Assembly: GCA_963740315.1 (NCBI GenBank)
Contig: CAVUDP010000003.1
Location: forward strand, 96,001 to 160,000
Source of the DNA: an uncultured cyanobacterium
Lineage (GTDB): Bacteria > Cyanobacteriota > Cyanobacteriia > Cyanobacteriales > Nostocaceae
Direction of reading: 5' to 3'
DNA length: 64,000 nucleotides
The notes under the pieces are model-generated. The model worked only from the letters and a program-made list of their open reading frames with translations, ran no database searches and was not told the DNA's origin. The position numbers were made by a program, and so were the translations under genes. Positions 37,902 to 49,197 of this stretch are shown one piece after another; position 1 is the stretch's first letter, and each line of letters opens with the position of its first letter.

Positions 37902-38225
37902 TTAATAATCTAAATCATCTATAGTTATCGGTGCTTGAGAACTATGTCGCACATACAAAATATAAACAGTTGTATCTCTAATAGTAAACAGAACACGATA
38001 AATATTTTTAGATTTTCCGTAAAGTAGCTGTCGAACTTGTTCTGGAAAAATTTCGTGTTCAATAGCCAAATTGCAACGTAACGGTTTTTCTTGTAACGTT
38101 GCAATAGTATTCATCAATCCTCGAAACCAACTATCAGCAAACTCTGGGTTACGTTCTTCATACCAATTATAAGCTTCTAGAATCTGAGCTTCTGCTACAG
38201 GGGTAATTTCAACTATCCATGCCAT
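37902..38225 (-). CDS. RelE/ParE family toxin
   Basis: VEITPVAEAQI..AYNWY, RQLLYG, YRVLFTI, VRHS. Confidence 0.85.
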   Translation of the reverse strand: MAWIVEITPVAEAQILEAYNWYEERNPEFADSWFRGLMNTIATLQEKPLRCNLAIEHEIFPEQVRQLLYGKSKNIYRVLFTIRDTTVYILYVRHSSQAPITIDDLDY

Positions 38226-38472
38226 ATTTTTGCTGCATTTCTTGTACAAAATCCTGAATAGGGCGAGTTTGCCCAGCATTTAATTCATCAAAACCTTGCT
38301 GAATACCTGCTATTGTCTCTAATTGTTCTATCAGTTGACGTAATTTAGTAGCATCAATTTTACTTGGTTCGATAAAGGTGACAAGGACTTGAGTACTATC
38401 GCTAACTTGGTTAGGTAACTCATTAAGTTCAATTTGCCCATCTTTATAAATGCCTTCGATTGTTTTTAGCAT
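38209..38472 (-). CDS. Putative antitoxin
   Basis: MLKTIEGIYKDGQIEL...IQQGFDELNAG; overlaps the toxin start. Confidence 0.75.
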   Translation of the reverse strand: MLKTIEGIYKDGQIELNELPNQVSDSTQVLVTFIEPSKIDATKLRQLIEQLETIAGIQQGFDELNAGQTRPIQDFVQEMQQKYGMDS

Positions 38473-38799
38473 AATTTGATAAGTTGTAACAAAGTTAATA
38501 TCTCTTATATTAACGCCAAGCTTAATAGAAAACTGGCTTGCCATCTGAGCATTGTCCCTGTAAAAACAAGTAACGAAGCGAGAGGATGTAATTTGCTCTT
38601 CCCAAAAGACTGCTTGAAGCGAGATTGCAGCACGCTATTCTTACTCGTGGGGATTAGGTTTTATAGAATATCTATGGCTATACCAGAATCCTTTTTGGAG
38701 GTAATATTAATTCGTGGGGTATTTGAAATTCTTGTAGAGACGCGATATATCGCGTCTCTACATTATTGATTAATGCAAATATTTAATTATTCATAAAAA

Positions 38800-40401
38800 A
38801 TGGCAATAGCAATCGATTTTGGCACTAGTAATACCGTCATTGCTCGCTGGAACCCGGTAACTCAGCAGCCAGAAACTTTAAATATACCTGAATTATCCGT
38901 TCAACAAGGTTTGAATCCACCGTTGATTCCTAGTTTGCTGTATGTGGAAGATGCTTCAAACTCACGGGTTTTAGTTGGACAACAGGTAAGAAATCGCGGT
39001 GTCGATCTCAAAGGTGATTCGCGTTTTTTTCGCAGCTTCAAACGCGGGATTGGTGCGGATATTCAAGGTTTTTTACCGGAATTAGATGGGCATAATATTT
39101 CTTTTGAACAAGTCGGGGAATGGTACCTGCAAAAAGTAATCGAACAGTTATCTTCTATGGAAGGTGGTTTGGATTCTTTGGTATTAACCGTTCCCGTTGA
39201 CAGTTTTGAGGCTTACCGTCACTGGTTGGGAAAGGTTTGCGAACCGCTAGCGGTGGAACAAGTGCGGATGCTGGATGAACCGACAGCTGCGGCTTTGGGC
39301 TACGGTTTAACAGAAGAAGATTTATTACTAGTAGTTGACTTTGGCGGCGGAACTTTAGATTTATCTTTGGTGCGTTTGGATAAAAGCGTACAGCAAACAA
39401 ATAAAAAACCTTTGGGATTTTTACTTAAGTTTGGTAATAAATCCTTAGCAGAAGACTCCAAACAGAAGGTGAAAACTGCCCGCGTACTTGCAAAAGCCGG
39501 TCAAAATTTGGGCGGTACAGATATTGATAATTGGTTAACCGATTACTTCGCAAAAACTCAAGATTTAACGGTAAGTCCTTTGACAACAAGGCTCGCGGAA
39601 AAAGTCAAAATTCAGCTTTCCACGCAAAATCAAGCTAGCGAAGTTTATTTTAACGACGAAACATTTGAAAGTTACGAATTGGAATTAAACCGCGATGCTT
39701 TTGAAAGTATTTTGCAAGAACATTCGTTTTTTGCAATGCTTGACGAGTCAATGACACAATTATTGCAGCAAGCACGCCGCCAAGGAATAGAAGTTGCAGA
39801 TATTAACGCGGTATTGTTAGTTGGCGGTACTTCGCAAATCCCGGCGGTGCAGACATGGATCAAAAATTACTTTGATTCCGAAAAAATTCGTAGCGAAAAA
39901 GCATTTGAAGCGATCGCTCACGGAGCATTGCAATTAGCTCAAGGTTTTGAGATCAAAGATTTTCTCTACCACAGCTACGGAATTCGCTATTGGAATCGCC
40001 GCCAAAACTGTCATAGCTGGCATCCGATTGTAAAAGAAGGGCAGCCTTACCCAATGAATAAACCAGTAGAATTGTATTTGGGTGCTTCCTTAGAAAATCA
40101 ACCCAGCATAGAATTAATTATTGGTGAATTGGGAGCAGAAACCGGCGGCACCGAAGTTTATTTTGATGGCGATCGCCTAATTACCCGTCGTGCAGAAAGC
40201 AGCGAAACCACGGTAAAAGCTCTTAACGACAGCGATGGTGCGAGAAACATTGCGAATTTAACACCACCGGGATTTCCAGGAAGCGATCGAGTTAAGGTTT
40301 TTCTAGAAGTTGATAGTGAAAGATTTTTAAGAATTACAGTTGAAGATTTATTAGCTGGTGAAACTTTGTTAGAAAATCAAATTGTCGCACAGTTGAGTTG
40401 A
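38800..40401 (+). CDS. Hsp70 family protein
   Basis: IDFGTSNT, DEPTAAA, DFGGGTLD, LVGGTSQIP. Confidence 0.92.
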   Translation: MAIAIDFGTSNTVIARWNPVTQQPETLNIPELSVQQGLNPPLIPSLLYVEDASNSRVLVGQQVRNRGVDLKGDSRFFRSFKRGIGADIQGFLPELDGHNISFEQVGEWYLQKVIEQLSSMEGGLDSLVLTVPVDSFEAYRHWLGKVCEPLAVEQVRMLDEPTAAALGYGLTEEDLLLVVDFGGGTLDLSLVRLDKSVQQTNKKPLGFLLKFGNKSLAEDSKQKVKTARVLAKAGQNLGGTDIDNWLTDYFAKTQDLTVSPLTTRLAEKVKIQLSTQNQASEVYFNDETFESYELELNRDAFESILQEHSFFAMLDESMTQLLQQARRQGIEVADINAVLLVGGTSQIPAVQTWIKNYFDSEKIRSEKAFEAIAHGALQLAQGFEIKDFLYHSYGIRYWNRRQNCHSWHPIVKEGQPYPMNKPVELYLGASLENQPSIELIIGELGAETGGTEVYFDGDRLITRRAESSETTVKALNDSDGARNIANLTPPGFPGSDRVKVFLEVDSERFLRITVEDLLAGETLLENQIVAQLS

Positions 40402-40513
40402 ATTTGGGGATTGGGGATTGGGGATTGGGCATTAATTTAATTACCATACAATAAATAATGTAGAGACGTAGCATTGCTACGTCTTTAGCTATTAAAATTT
40501 TGTTATAAAAGTC

Positions 40514-41101
40514 ATGCAAAGTACAGAAACTACAATAGAACTTCGTCTGTGGACAGTTGAAGAATACCATCGCATGGCAGAAGCTGGCATTTTTGATGAA
40601 GACGAACGAGTAGAACTTTTAAAAGGAAAGATTATTTGTAAGGATAAGATAGGAACAGCGCATCGTTCTGCTGTAGGAAGAATAGATTATTTACTTAAAA
40701 ATCTTTTAGAAAATCGAGCTTGGATATCTATTAAAGATCCAATACAGTTAGATGATTATTCAGAACCAGAACCTGATATTGCAGTTGTAAAAATTGACCC
40801 ATTAGACTACGCAGACCACCATCCTACCCCAGATGAAGTTTATTTAGTTATCGAAGTTGCGGATACTACTTTTAAAAAAGATTGTGAGACAAAAGGGAAA
40901 GCTTATGCAGCAGCAGGGATTGTTGATTATTGGGTTTTAGATGTTATTAACCGTCAGCTTCATGTATTTAGACAACCTTCGGAAAATGGTTATAAAAGTG
41001 AAGTGGTATTAAGAGAAGATGAGAGTATTTCGCCTTTGAGTTTTCCCGATTTGAATATTGATATTTTGGAAATGCTGCCACCCGTAGTTGGTAAATATTA
41101 A
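40514..41101 (+). CDS. Uma2 family endonuclease
   Basis: WTVEEYHRM, EPEPDI, LVIEVADT, YWVLD. Confidence 0.9.
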   Translation: MQSTETTIELRLWTVEEYHRMAEAGIFDEDERVELLKGKIICKDKIGTAHRSAVGRIDYLLKNLLENRAWISIKDPIQLDDYSEPEPDIAVVKIDPLDYADHHPTPDEVYLVIEVADTTFKKDCETKGKAYAAAGIVDYWVLDVINRQLHVFRQPSENGYKSEVVLREDESISPLSFPDLNIDILEMLPPVVGKY

Positions 41102-41102
41102 A

Positions 41103-41474
41103 TTAATTGTTTATCGGTAATGAACGAATACGGATGCGAGTTTTTTCAAAAATAACTACGCTTCCTTGTTCCAAAGCATCCTGAACTGTAAGTAAATTTG
41201 TTAATAAAATTTCTAATTGTTTTTCAGGTACACGTTCAGTGTTACGACGGAATAAAATTACTGATGGCTTACTTTCTTGTCTTAATGCTAATAAGGTACC
41301 AAAATCAGTGTCCGCAGAAATAATTATACGGTCTTCATCTACTGCTCTGACAAATATTTCACTGTCTGAAGCTGCTTGCATTTGGTATTCACGAACATGA
41401 AAAGCATCGTAACCTGCTTCTCTTAGTCCATCAGCAATTAGAGGAGATAAAGCATTGTCAACCAAAAATTTCAT
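41103..41474 (-). CDS. DUF5615 family PIN-like toxin
   Basis: [24 protein letters not shown]. Confidence 0.85.
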   Translation of the reverse strand: MKFLVDNALSPLIADGLREAGYDAFHVREYQMQAASDSEIFVRAVDEDRIIISADTDFGTLLALRQESKPSVILFRRNTERVPEKQLEILLTNLLTVQDALEQGSVVIFEKTRIRIRSLPINN

Positions 41475-41698
41475 GCTTCAATTAAAGGTAATTCACGCTC
41501 GGTAACTGCGGAGGCTGCATAACTCAAAGCTTCTTTAATATCTTCTGGTTGCAAATCTGGTAAAGCTTGCATTATTTCTTCGTCTCGCATTCCTTCAGCA
41601 AACATTCCGACAACAGTGGCAACCGGAATTCGTAATCCTCTAATACAAGGAACTCCACCCATCTGATTTGGATTTACTGTAATGCGCGTGAATTTCAT
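41471..41698 (-). CDS. DUF433 family antitoxin
   Basis: [22 protein letters not shown]...DIKEALSYA. Confidence 0.88.
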   Translation of the reverse strand: MKFTRITVNPNQMGGVPCIRGLRIPVATVVGMFAEGMRDEEIMQALPDLQPEDIKEALSYAASAVTERELPLIEA

Positions 41699-41736
41699 GG
41701 TTTGTTTTAGCTTATTAGTATGGTTTCCACGATAAA

Positions 41737-42753
41737 TCAAATCGAATAATAAAGTGGAAAGGATTTAGCATCTTTAGGTTTTACATAAACCCTTTGCTGG
41801 GGTTCCAAATGCAATTCATCAAATCTATCTCGTGTCAAATGAGCGCTTACAACTTGTCCGTCATCTAAGGTTAATTCGACTTGAATTTCCCAACCTAAAT
41901 GTATCAATCTACTTATCCTTGCCGGAACTGTCGTACCATTAGGAGAAGTTTCAACAATCACATCTTGGGGACGTAAAAACATTTCCGATTGTGGGGAATC
42001 AAACCCATTACTTTGAAATATCCCGGAAGTACTTGGTAACACGTTTACCGGACCAATAAAGCTCATTACAAATGCTGTTGCGGGATGATCGTAAATTTGT
42101 GCTGGTGTACCAATTTGTTCGACTTGACCTTTATTCATTACCACAATTTCGTCGGAGACTTCCATCGCTTCTTCTTGATCGTGAGTCACAAATACCGTGG
42201 TAACGTGGACTTCATCGTGCAATCTCCGCAACCAAATGCGTAAATCTTTACGAACTCTAGCATCAAGCGCTCCGAAGGGTTCGTCTAACAGCAATACTTT
42301 TGGTTCTACCGCTAAAGCTCTGGCTAAAGCAACCCTTTGTCTTTGCCCCCCGGAAATCTGGGATGGATATCTGTCTCCGAGTCCGCTTAATTGAACTAAA
42401 TCTAATAACTCATCTACACGGGCTTTAATTTTCGCTTTTGGTGTTTTACGAATTTCTAACCCAAAAGCAATATTTTTCCGTACCGTCATATGCTTGAACA
42501 AAGCGTAATGTTGAAACACAAAACCAATGTTTCGCTCTTGTACGCTTTGATATGTGGCATCCTTACCAGTTAACAAAATTTTGCCGCTATCCGGCATTTC
42601 CAAACCCGCAATTAGTCGCAACAGAGTAGACTTTCCCGAACCCGAAGGTCCTAATAAAGCCACCAGCGAGCCGCTTTTGATTTCCAAGCTGACATTATCA
42701 ACGGCTTTAAAACTGCCAAACTGCTTGCACGCATTTTCAACTACTATGCCCAC
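41737..42753 (-). CDS. cysA: Sulfate ABC transporter ATP-binding protein
   Basis: [38 protein letters not shown]-like C-terminus. Confidence 0.95.
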   Translation of the reverse strand: MGIVVENACKQFGSFKAVDNVSLEIKSGSLVALLGPSGSGKSTLLRLIAGLEMPDSGKILLTGKDATYQSVQERNIGFVFQHYALFKHMTVRKNIAFGLEIRKTPKAKIKARVDELLDLVQLSGLGDRYPSQISGGQRQRVALARALAVEPKVLLLDEPFGALDARVRKDLRIWLRRLHDEVHVTTVFVTHDQEEAMEVSDEIVVMNKGQVEQIGTPAQIYDHPATAFVMSFIGPVNVLPSTSGIFQSNGFDSPQSEMFLRPQDVIVETSPNGTTVPARISRLIHLGWEIQVELTLDDGQVVSAHLTRDRFDELHLEPQQRVYVKPKDAKSFPLYYSI

Positions 42754-42863
42754 TGTAAAAAAATCCTCTGCAACTAATCTACGGTTTGTCGGTGGAGATA
42801 CCGTATTTTATATATATCATAGATAACGGTACTATTTTGGATTATTTAATTGTTATCTATAAA

Positions 42864-43709
42864 CTAAGAAACTTTTTTTGTCGCATGACCTGATTTATGT
42901 TCGAGAATCTCTTTGAGTACCAACGTTACTAATGCCAACATTGCTAAAATCACCGCAGCAGAAAATGCAGCTTCGGTTTGATACTGTTTGTAAGCATCTT
43001 CAATAAACAGAGGTAAACTCTGAGTTTCACCACCGATATTTCCCGATACCACGGAAACCGCACCAAATTCACCCATCGCTCTAGCATTAGTCAAAAGGAT
43101 GCCGTACAGCAAACCCCAACGGATATTGGGAACTGTGACACGCCAAAACAGTTGCCAGCCATTGGCACCAAGGATTTTTGCTGCTTCTTCTTGATCTTGA
43201 CCAATTTCATCTAATACCGGAATTACTTCCCGTGCGACAAAGGGCATACTTACAAAAGCTGTGGCTAAAACCATCCCTGGAATCGCAAAAATAATCTTGA
43301 TATTATGGTCTATTAACCAGCTACCAAACCAACTATTACGTCCGTAAAGTAATACAATCATTAACCCTGCAACTACAGGTGAAATAGAGAAAGGTAGGTC
43401 AATCAGGCTCAAAATAAAAGCTCTTCCAGGAATTTTTTTACGGGTAAGCACCCAAGCAATACAAAGACCAAATACCGTATTCACGGGTACAGTAATTAAT
43501 GCTATTACCAAAGTTAACCAAGCTGCGTGGAGAAAATTTGGTTCGATTAGGTTCGTTAAAAATGGTGCTACTCCATTTTTGAAAGCTTGGACAAATACGT
43601 TCGCTGCGGGAATATAGAGAACCAAAGATAAGTAAACAAGGGCAATTCCAATCAATACTTTCGGAACCCTGTTTTTTTTGCGATTGAGAAGGCGATTATT
43701 TCCAATCAT
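42864..43709 (-). CDS. cysW: Sulfate ABC transporter permease CysW
   Basis: [22 protein letters not shown]. Confidence 0.95.
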   Translation of the reverse strand: MIGNNRLLNRKKNRVPKVLIGIALVYLSLVLYIPAANVFVQAFKNGVAPFLTNLIEPNFLHAAWLTLVIALITVPVNTVFGLCIAWVLTRKKIPGRAFILSLIDLPFSISPVVAGLMIVLLYGRNSWFGSWLIDHNIKIIFAIPGMVLATAFVSMPFVAREVIPVLDEIGQDQEEAAKILGANGWQLFWRVTVPNIRWGLLYGILLTNARAMGEFGAVSVVSGNIGGETQSLPLFIEDAYKQYQTEAAFSAAVILAMLALVTLVLKEILEHKSGHATKKVS

Positions 43710-44568
43710 ATCTTCTGCCCCAAGCTTGTAAAAGGTTAATCAATAGCAACAGCACCAATGAAATGAGCAGCATCACTACACCAATAACCGTTGCACCGGA
43801 GTAGTCATACTGTTCCAAGCGCTGGAAAATTAAGATCGGTGCAATTAAATCAACAAACGGTGTATTTGAGGAAATAATTACTGTTGAACCAAATTCTCCT
43901 ACTGCACGGGAAAATCCCAATGCAACACCAGTCAAAATTGCAGGCAGCAAACAAGGTAAAATTACTCTCGTGAATGTCTGCAATTGACTCGCACCCAAAC
44001 TCCAAGCAACTTCCTCCATTTCCTTTTCCATTTCTTGAAGTACGGGTTGCACGGTTCGCACTACAAAGGAAAGGGAAATAAACGTCATGGCGATCGCAAC
44101 ACCAACACGGGTATAAGATATCTTGATTCCAAAAGGAGCAAACAGCCCGCCAATCCAACCATTTTCGCTATACACGGTAGCAAGAGTTAAGCCTGCTACT
44201 GCTGTCGGTAGGGCAAATGGTAAATCTATGGAAGCATCTACCAGCTTTTTCAAAGGAAAATCATACCGAACTATTACCCAAGCTAGTAGGGTTCCAAACA
44301 CGCCATTTATTGATGCACTCAGCAAAGCTGTAGTAAAAGTGACATCATAAGCTGAGAGGGCAATTGGACTAGTAGCAATTCTCCAGAAATCAGCGCTCGT
44401 TTCATTACTCGCTTTTAAAAACATGGCAGCTATTGGTACTAACAGCATGAGTGTTAAATACACAAAACTAATTCGCCATGCCCAACTGTTTCCAAGCAGT
44501 AGTTTGAGAAACTTCTTCCAAGCAGGCTGTCTAGTCCGATATCTTTGCCTGTGTGATGATACGCTCAT
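43696..44568 (-). CDS. cysT: Sulfate ABC transporter permease CysT
   Basis: [20 protein letters not shown]. Confidence 0.95.
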   Translation of the reverse strand: MSVSSHRQRYRTRQPAWKKFLKLLLGNSWAWRISFVYLTLMLLVPIAAMFLKASNETSADFWRIATSPIALSAYDVTFTTALLSASINGVFGTLLAWVIVRYDFPLKKLVDASIDLPFALPTAVAGLTLATVYSENGWIGGLFAPFGIKISYTRVGVAIAMTFISLSFVVRTVQPVLQEMEKEMEEVAWSLGASQLQTFTRVILPCLLPAILTGVALGFSRAVGEFGSTVIISSNTPFVDLIAPILIFQRLEQYDYSGATVIGVVMLLISLVLLLLINLLQAWGRRYDWK

Positions 44569-44571
44569 GAG

Positions 44572-45717
44572 TTACCTTTTCTTCTTGGCTTGAATTTGGT
44601 CGAAAACAGTTCCATCCTCGAAGAATTTCTTTTGAACTGCATCCCATCCACCAAATTCTTGAACGGTTGCCAAGGTTTTGACTGCGGGATACTTGTCTTT
44701 GACTTGTTTGGTTTGGGCTACGCTTTCATCTATAGGGCGGAATCCAACTTTGGCAAATTCCTGCTGGGCTTCTGGTGTAAACAAATATTTCACGAAAGCT
44801 TCGGCAACTTCGCGGTTTCCGTGCTTATCAACGTTCTTATCAACAACTGCAACTGGGTTATCGATGGAAATATTGATATCCGGAATCACATAAGATACCT
44901 TCTCACCTTTTTGCTGTGCCAAGATAATCTCGTTTTCGTAATTAATTAAGGCATCTCCCTGTTTCTGTTTGAAGAATACATCAGTTGCTTCGCGAGCATC
45001 TCTAGGCAAAATTGGTACATTGTTATAGGCTTTGGTGATAAATTCCGTCGCTTTTGCCTCCGAATCATTAGTTTTGATAGCAGAGTTCCACAACGCTAAA
45101 AAATTCCACCGAGCAACTCCAGAGGTTTTCGGGTCTGCGGTAATAAATTTGACTCCATCTTTAGTTAAATCTGACCAAGTTTTAATACCTTTGGGATTAC
45201 CTTCTCGCGTTACCAATGCTGCTACAGACTTAGAAACAGTCCCGTTGTTAGGTACTTCTTTTTCCCAACCAGCTTCAATTAATCCCGCTTTTTCAATCTT
45301 TTCAGTATCTAGTGCTAATGCCAAATGAACTATATCTGCTTCCAAACCATCGATCACCGCACGGGTTTGCGAACCCGAACCACCGTAACTAGTCTTGAAG
45401 GTAACATTTTGATTGTGTTCCTTTTTCCATTGTTCCGTAAACTTAGGAACGATCGCATCGTGAGCAGCTTTGGTGACTGCAAAGGAAACTAGGGTTAGTT
45501 GGACATCTTGACGGGTAGCAGCAACAGGGCTTGCATTCGGAATTGCATTACTATCGGCAATAGTCGAATTATTCCCATTTCCACCCGAACAAGCTGCGAT
45601 CGTAAAGCTTAAAACTGTTCCAACTAAAAATAACGATACAAAACTTTTTAACGAATTCAATTTCGCAGCTTTGTAAGGATTTACAAATTGCCGTAATTTT
45701 CCCAAATCATAGCCCAT
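44572..45717 (-). CDS. sbpA: Sulfate-binding lipoprotein
   Basis: SYGGSGSQTRAVIDG, DPKTSGVARWNF, YENE. Confidence 0.93.
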   Translation of the reverse strand: MGYDLGKLRQFVNPYKAAKLNSLKSFVSLFLVGTVLSFTIAACSGGNGNNSTIADSNAIPNASPVAATRQDVQLTLVSFAVTKAAHDAIVPKFTEQWKKEHNQNVTFKTSYGGSGSQTRAVIDGLEADIVHLALALDTEKIEKAGLIEAGWEKEVPNNGTVSKSVAALVTREGNPKGIKTWSDLTKDGVKFITADPKTSGVARWNFLALWNSAIKTNDSEAKATEFITKAYNNVPILPRDAREATDVFFKQKQGDALINYENEIILAQQKGEKVSYVIPDINISIDNPVAVVDKNVDKHGNREVAEAFVKYLFTPEAQQEFAKVGFRPIDESVAQTKQVKDKYPAVKTLATVQEFGGWDAVQKKFFEDGTVFDQIQAKKKR

Positions 45718-45960
45718 GCTCCGCGTCTCCTTTTTAATCTACGGTTTCCCGATGGGGATTTAGTACTTTTTAGTCATCGTCATAGATATTACATGGATGA
45801 ATATAAAAACACAATAGTCAATCTATTTTTTTTATAGGGAATATGTAGATTAGATTTTAGGGTGTGTTAAGGCACGAAAATTGCTGTTTTAGCCGTAACA
45901 CGTATATTTTTGGGTAATTAATTAGTAATCCTATAATTAATCCACACTCTATAAAACGAG

Positions 45961-46001
45961 ATAACCACTGATTATTAATGGGATAAATAATCAGTGGTTA
46001 T
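45961..46001. terminator. Hairpin downstream of the PG-binding gene
   Basis: ATAACCACTGATTATT/AATAATCAGTGGTTAT inverted repeat. Confidence 0.55.
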
Positions 46002-46051
46002 AGTGATTTACTTTGAGTTGTTGATATTAAGACCAATCAAAAAATCAAGCT

Positions 46052-46537
46052 TTATACAATAATAGATTTTAATTTAGCCCAAGTTTGATTTCCAACAATT
46101 CCATCTACGGTCAAATTATATTGTTTTTGAAAATCTATTACAGTATTTTTTGTTTCTTCGCCAAATATGCCATTAATTACTATAGAACCAATATCATTAA
46201 GAAAATAACGGCTTAATTCGTATTGTAGATATGTGACATCTGCACTTCTGCTACCAAGCTTTAGAGTAGAAAGGTCATTTATACTCTTCTGATAAGTTGC
46301 AGCATAATCTATGTATACCCAAGTGATGGGACCAATAATTCCATCTGCGCTCAAACTATTTTTCTTTTGATAAGCGATGACAGCTTGTTTTGTTTTTGCA
46401 CCAAATACACCATCAACTAATAGTTTAGGTTCGGCGACAGTAGCATTCAGAACTTTTTGTAAATCCTTTACATCTTCACCAGTGCTGCCTTCTTTGATAA
46501 AAGGACGAAAGTAGTTATTTCGAGTTGCTGTATTCAT
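46052..46537 (-). CDS. Peptidoglycan-binding domain protein (2x PG_binding_1)
   Basis: GSTGEDVKDLQ...DGVFG...DGIIG..TW pattern present twice. Confidence 0.88.
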   Translation of the reverse strand: MNTATRNNYFRPFIKEGSTGEDVKDLQKVLNATVAEPKLLVDGVFGAKTKQAVIAYQKKNSLSADGIIGPITWVYIDYAATYQKSINDLSTLKLGSRSADVTYLQYELSRYFLNDIGSIVINGIFGEETKNTVIDFQKQYNLTVDGIVGNQTWAKLKSIIV

Positions 46538-46827
46538 GATTTTTTCCTAATTAAAAAAATAAATAACGGTTTATTTGTGGTTTTCAGTACGCGGTATGTT
46601 GCGTTGTCAGTATAAGTCTTCAAATCAAAAGTTTTGTTTACGGATTTTTAGCATAAAAAGTACCAAAATAAAATTTGTCATAAAGTGTCATAAACTAAAC
46701 CGCGATTATTACACGTATTTTTGAATAGATAGACGGATTTGCAATTGTCACACTGCAATACACTTTTAAATATGAGCTTGATTTAACTGCTCTAAACTAG
46801 AAGTAGTAACAAAAGCCATTAATTCTT

Positions 46828-47560
46828 ATGACGGCTGCAAAGAATTCTGAAGCGCTGGCTGAATCAACTGTACAAACAAACGGAACCAGAAAATATTATC
46901 ATTCCACCATGCGATTTGTGGAGTGATGAACCGCCTTTGGATGACTTACATCGCGAACAAATCGAGTTATTATTGGCTTGTCTCAAGTGGTTGTGGCGGG
47001 AACGTAATGATTATTACGCTACTGGTAATTTGACGATTTATTACAGCGAAGACCATATTACCATGCGGGATTTTAGAGGGCCAGATTTTTTTGTGGTGTT
47101 AGGTACCCAAAACCATCCCCGTCGCAGTTGGATGTTATGGGCGGAAGTTGGTAAATATCCGAATGTAATTGTGGAGTTGCTTTCCAACAGTACTCACAAA
47201 GTTGATAAAACGACGAAAAAAGAACTTTACCAAGATACCTTTCGCACCCCGGAATACTTTTGGTTTCATCCAGAAACTTTGGAATTCCAGGGTTTTCGTT
47301 TGATCTCTAGTAAATATCAACCGATAGAAGCGACGGATGAAGGATGGTTATGGAGCGAGCAGTTAGAGTTGTTTTTGGGAGTTAGCGATTCAAAGCTGAG
47401 GTATTTTACTCAAGATAAACAATTGGTTGTGACACCGGAAGAAAGAGCAATAATAGCACAGCAGCAACTTGAAGAAGAACGAAAACAAAAGGAAGCAGCA
47501 CAGCAACGAGTAGAAGAGTTACTGGCTAAGTTAAAAGATTTGGGTGTAGATGAGCAGTAA
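46828..47560 (+). pseudogene. Uma2 family endonuclease, apparently frameshifted near its N-terminus
   Basis: ATG 46828 is 1 nt out of frame with PPCDLWSDEPPL...GPDFFVV...VELLS...PEYFWF (TTG 46916 frame). Could be an intact gene with a TTG start or an assembly error. Confidence 0.6.
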
Positions 47561-47629
47561 GCAGTTAGCAGTGAGCAGTTATCAACTATCAACTATCAAC
47601 TAACAACTAACAACTAACAACTAACAACT

Positions 47630-47896
47630 TTAAGCGAAGAAAAATAATATCGCATTCAAACTGATTAAAACGGCTAAAAGTATGCCATTGATTATAAAAT
47701 CATGTTTGTGCTGTCTAAATTTTCTTTCAAATAAAGCGCCTCCCGTGGTAAATAAAAAACCTTTTACGGATTTAGGAACTTTGTCGTAATAAGGTTTATA
47801 GCGCAACAGATTTATTATTAGTTGGACGGTTCCGTAAAAGGTGATTGCGAAAAGCCCTAAACGGAAGATGCTGTATAAATTGAAATAGTTCTCCAT
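47630..47896 (-). CDS. Small hypothetical membrane protein
   Basis: 88-aa ORF coupled to the upstream gene; two hydrophobic stretches. Confidence 0.6.
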   Translation of the reverse strand: MENYFNLYSIFRLGLFAITFYGTVQLIINLLRYKPYYDKVPKSVKGFLFTTGGALFERKFRQHKHDFIINGILLAVLISLNAILFFFA

Positions 47897-48909
47897 TAGA
47901 TGTGTTTGAGGATTAATTTTACGGCGATCGCCAATATTGCAGCGATGATACTACCAGTTAATGTAATTCTGACGATGCGGTTATATTTCCGCACTTCGAT
48001 ATCGGCTAATTCTTCTGCAACTTCAATTCCTTTATTTGCCGATTGCTTGGCATATTTGCTTACCTCAACAGCTAAAGTAGAGACAACGGAAATAATTACC
48101 GCTGCATCATCTGTGAGTCCTAATACAGGAATTATATCGGGAATCGCATCGAAGGGAGATACAAGATAAAGCAAAGAACCGATCGCTAATGCTTTTGATG
48201 TCCAAGCAGCTTTGGGATCTACAACCATTTGGAATAATGATTGAATTTTGGGCCAAATTTCTTTAATTGGGCCGCGATTCATTGACGGTAATTTATCGGT
48301 AATTTTCTGAATATCTTTCTGAATATTCTGTGGTTTTACAGATTTGACCAGTTTATTAAATATATTCTTGATTTTATCGGAATTACTAGCGGTTTTTAAT
48401 CTTTCATCAACTTCTTCAATCGCTTCTTCTGTTTGAACTTGCTCTTTTTCTTTTTGAGTTAACTGACTAAATAGCTTTTTAATTTTATTTGAGGTAGTTT
48501 TGGAACTTGTTTTTACAGGTTGTTCGCTAACTACCTGCGCTTCAACCTCTTCAAAAGTAGTTTGAGTTAAAGATTGTGCGGGAACATCTTTATCTTTCTG
48601 GAATACATTTTGTATAATCGATTGCAATTTATTTTTTTTACGAGCTTTTTGATTAATTTCAGTTTCTAGCTCTTGATTAATTGGTTTGACATCTGCTGCA
48701 ACTTCTTTTTCTACTTCTACTGTTGCTGTAGCTTCTGTTTGCGAGTCTTTGCGGAACTTATTCCACATTTGTTTCATAAATCCCTTCTTGGCTTCCAAGG
48801 GTGTTTCATCTGCGGGTAATGGTTGGATATCTATAGTTGTTGGATTTTCTACTCGATCCGATTCCTGTTTCGACTTTCCAAAAAATCTATCCTTGATTCC
48901 CATAGCCAT
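47896..48909 (-). CDS. YkvA/DUF1232 domain protein
   Basis: LLYLVSPFDAIPDIIPVLGLTDD; charged low-complexity N-terminus; GAGGTG RBS. Confidence 0.85.
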   Translation of the reverse strand: MAMGIKDRFFGKSKQESDRVENPTTIDIQPLPADETPLEAKKGFMKQMWNKFRKDSQTEATATVEVEKEVAADVKPINQELETEINQKARKKNKLQSIIQNVFQKDKDVPAQSLTQTTFEEVEAQVVSEQPVKTSSKTTSNKIKKLFSQLTQKEKEQVQTEEAIEEVDERLKTASNSDKIKNIFNKLVKSVKPQNIQKDIQKITDKLPSMNRGPIKEIWPKIQSLFQMVVDPKAAWTSKALAIGSLLYLVSPFDAIPDIIPVLGLTDDAAVIISVVSTLAVEVSKYAKQSANKGIEVAEELADIEVRKYNRIVRITLTGSIIAAILAIAVKLILKHI

Positions 48910-49197
48910 CACCTCACTATCTGTGTCACTTACTAAATATAAGCAAATATTCTGCCACCATGCATCAAACAAAGTGAATGTAAATAAACTATTGTCACAA
49001 TCTGCAAAAATCTATCTAAAGTAAGAAGATATTTTGTTAATAAAGGAAATGTTCTTGTACCTCTGCTCAAAAGAATTAATTAGTTGAGAAGGAAGTAATT
49101 GTCCTGCTCGCCATAGCACGTTTTTGTATACGAGTGAAGAGTAGAAGTTGTATCGGATTTAAGCAAAAGCTAATAGTAGAATAAAGTACGGGTAAAA

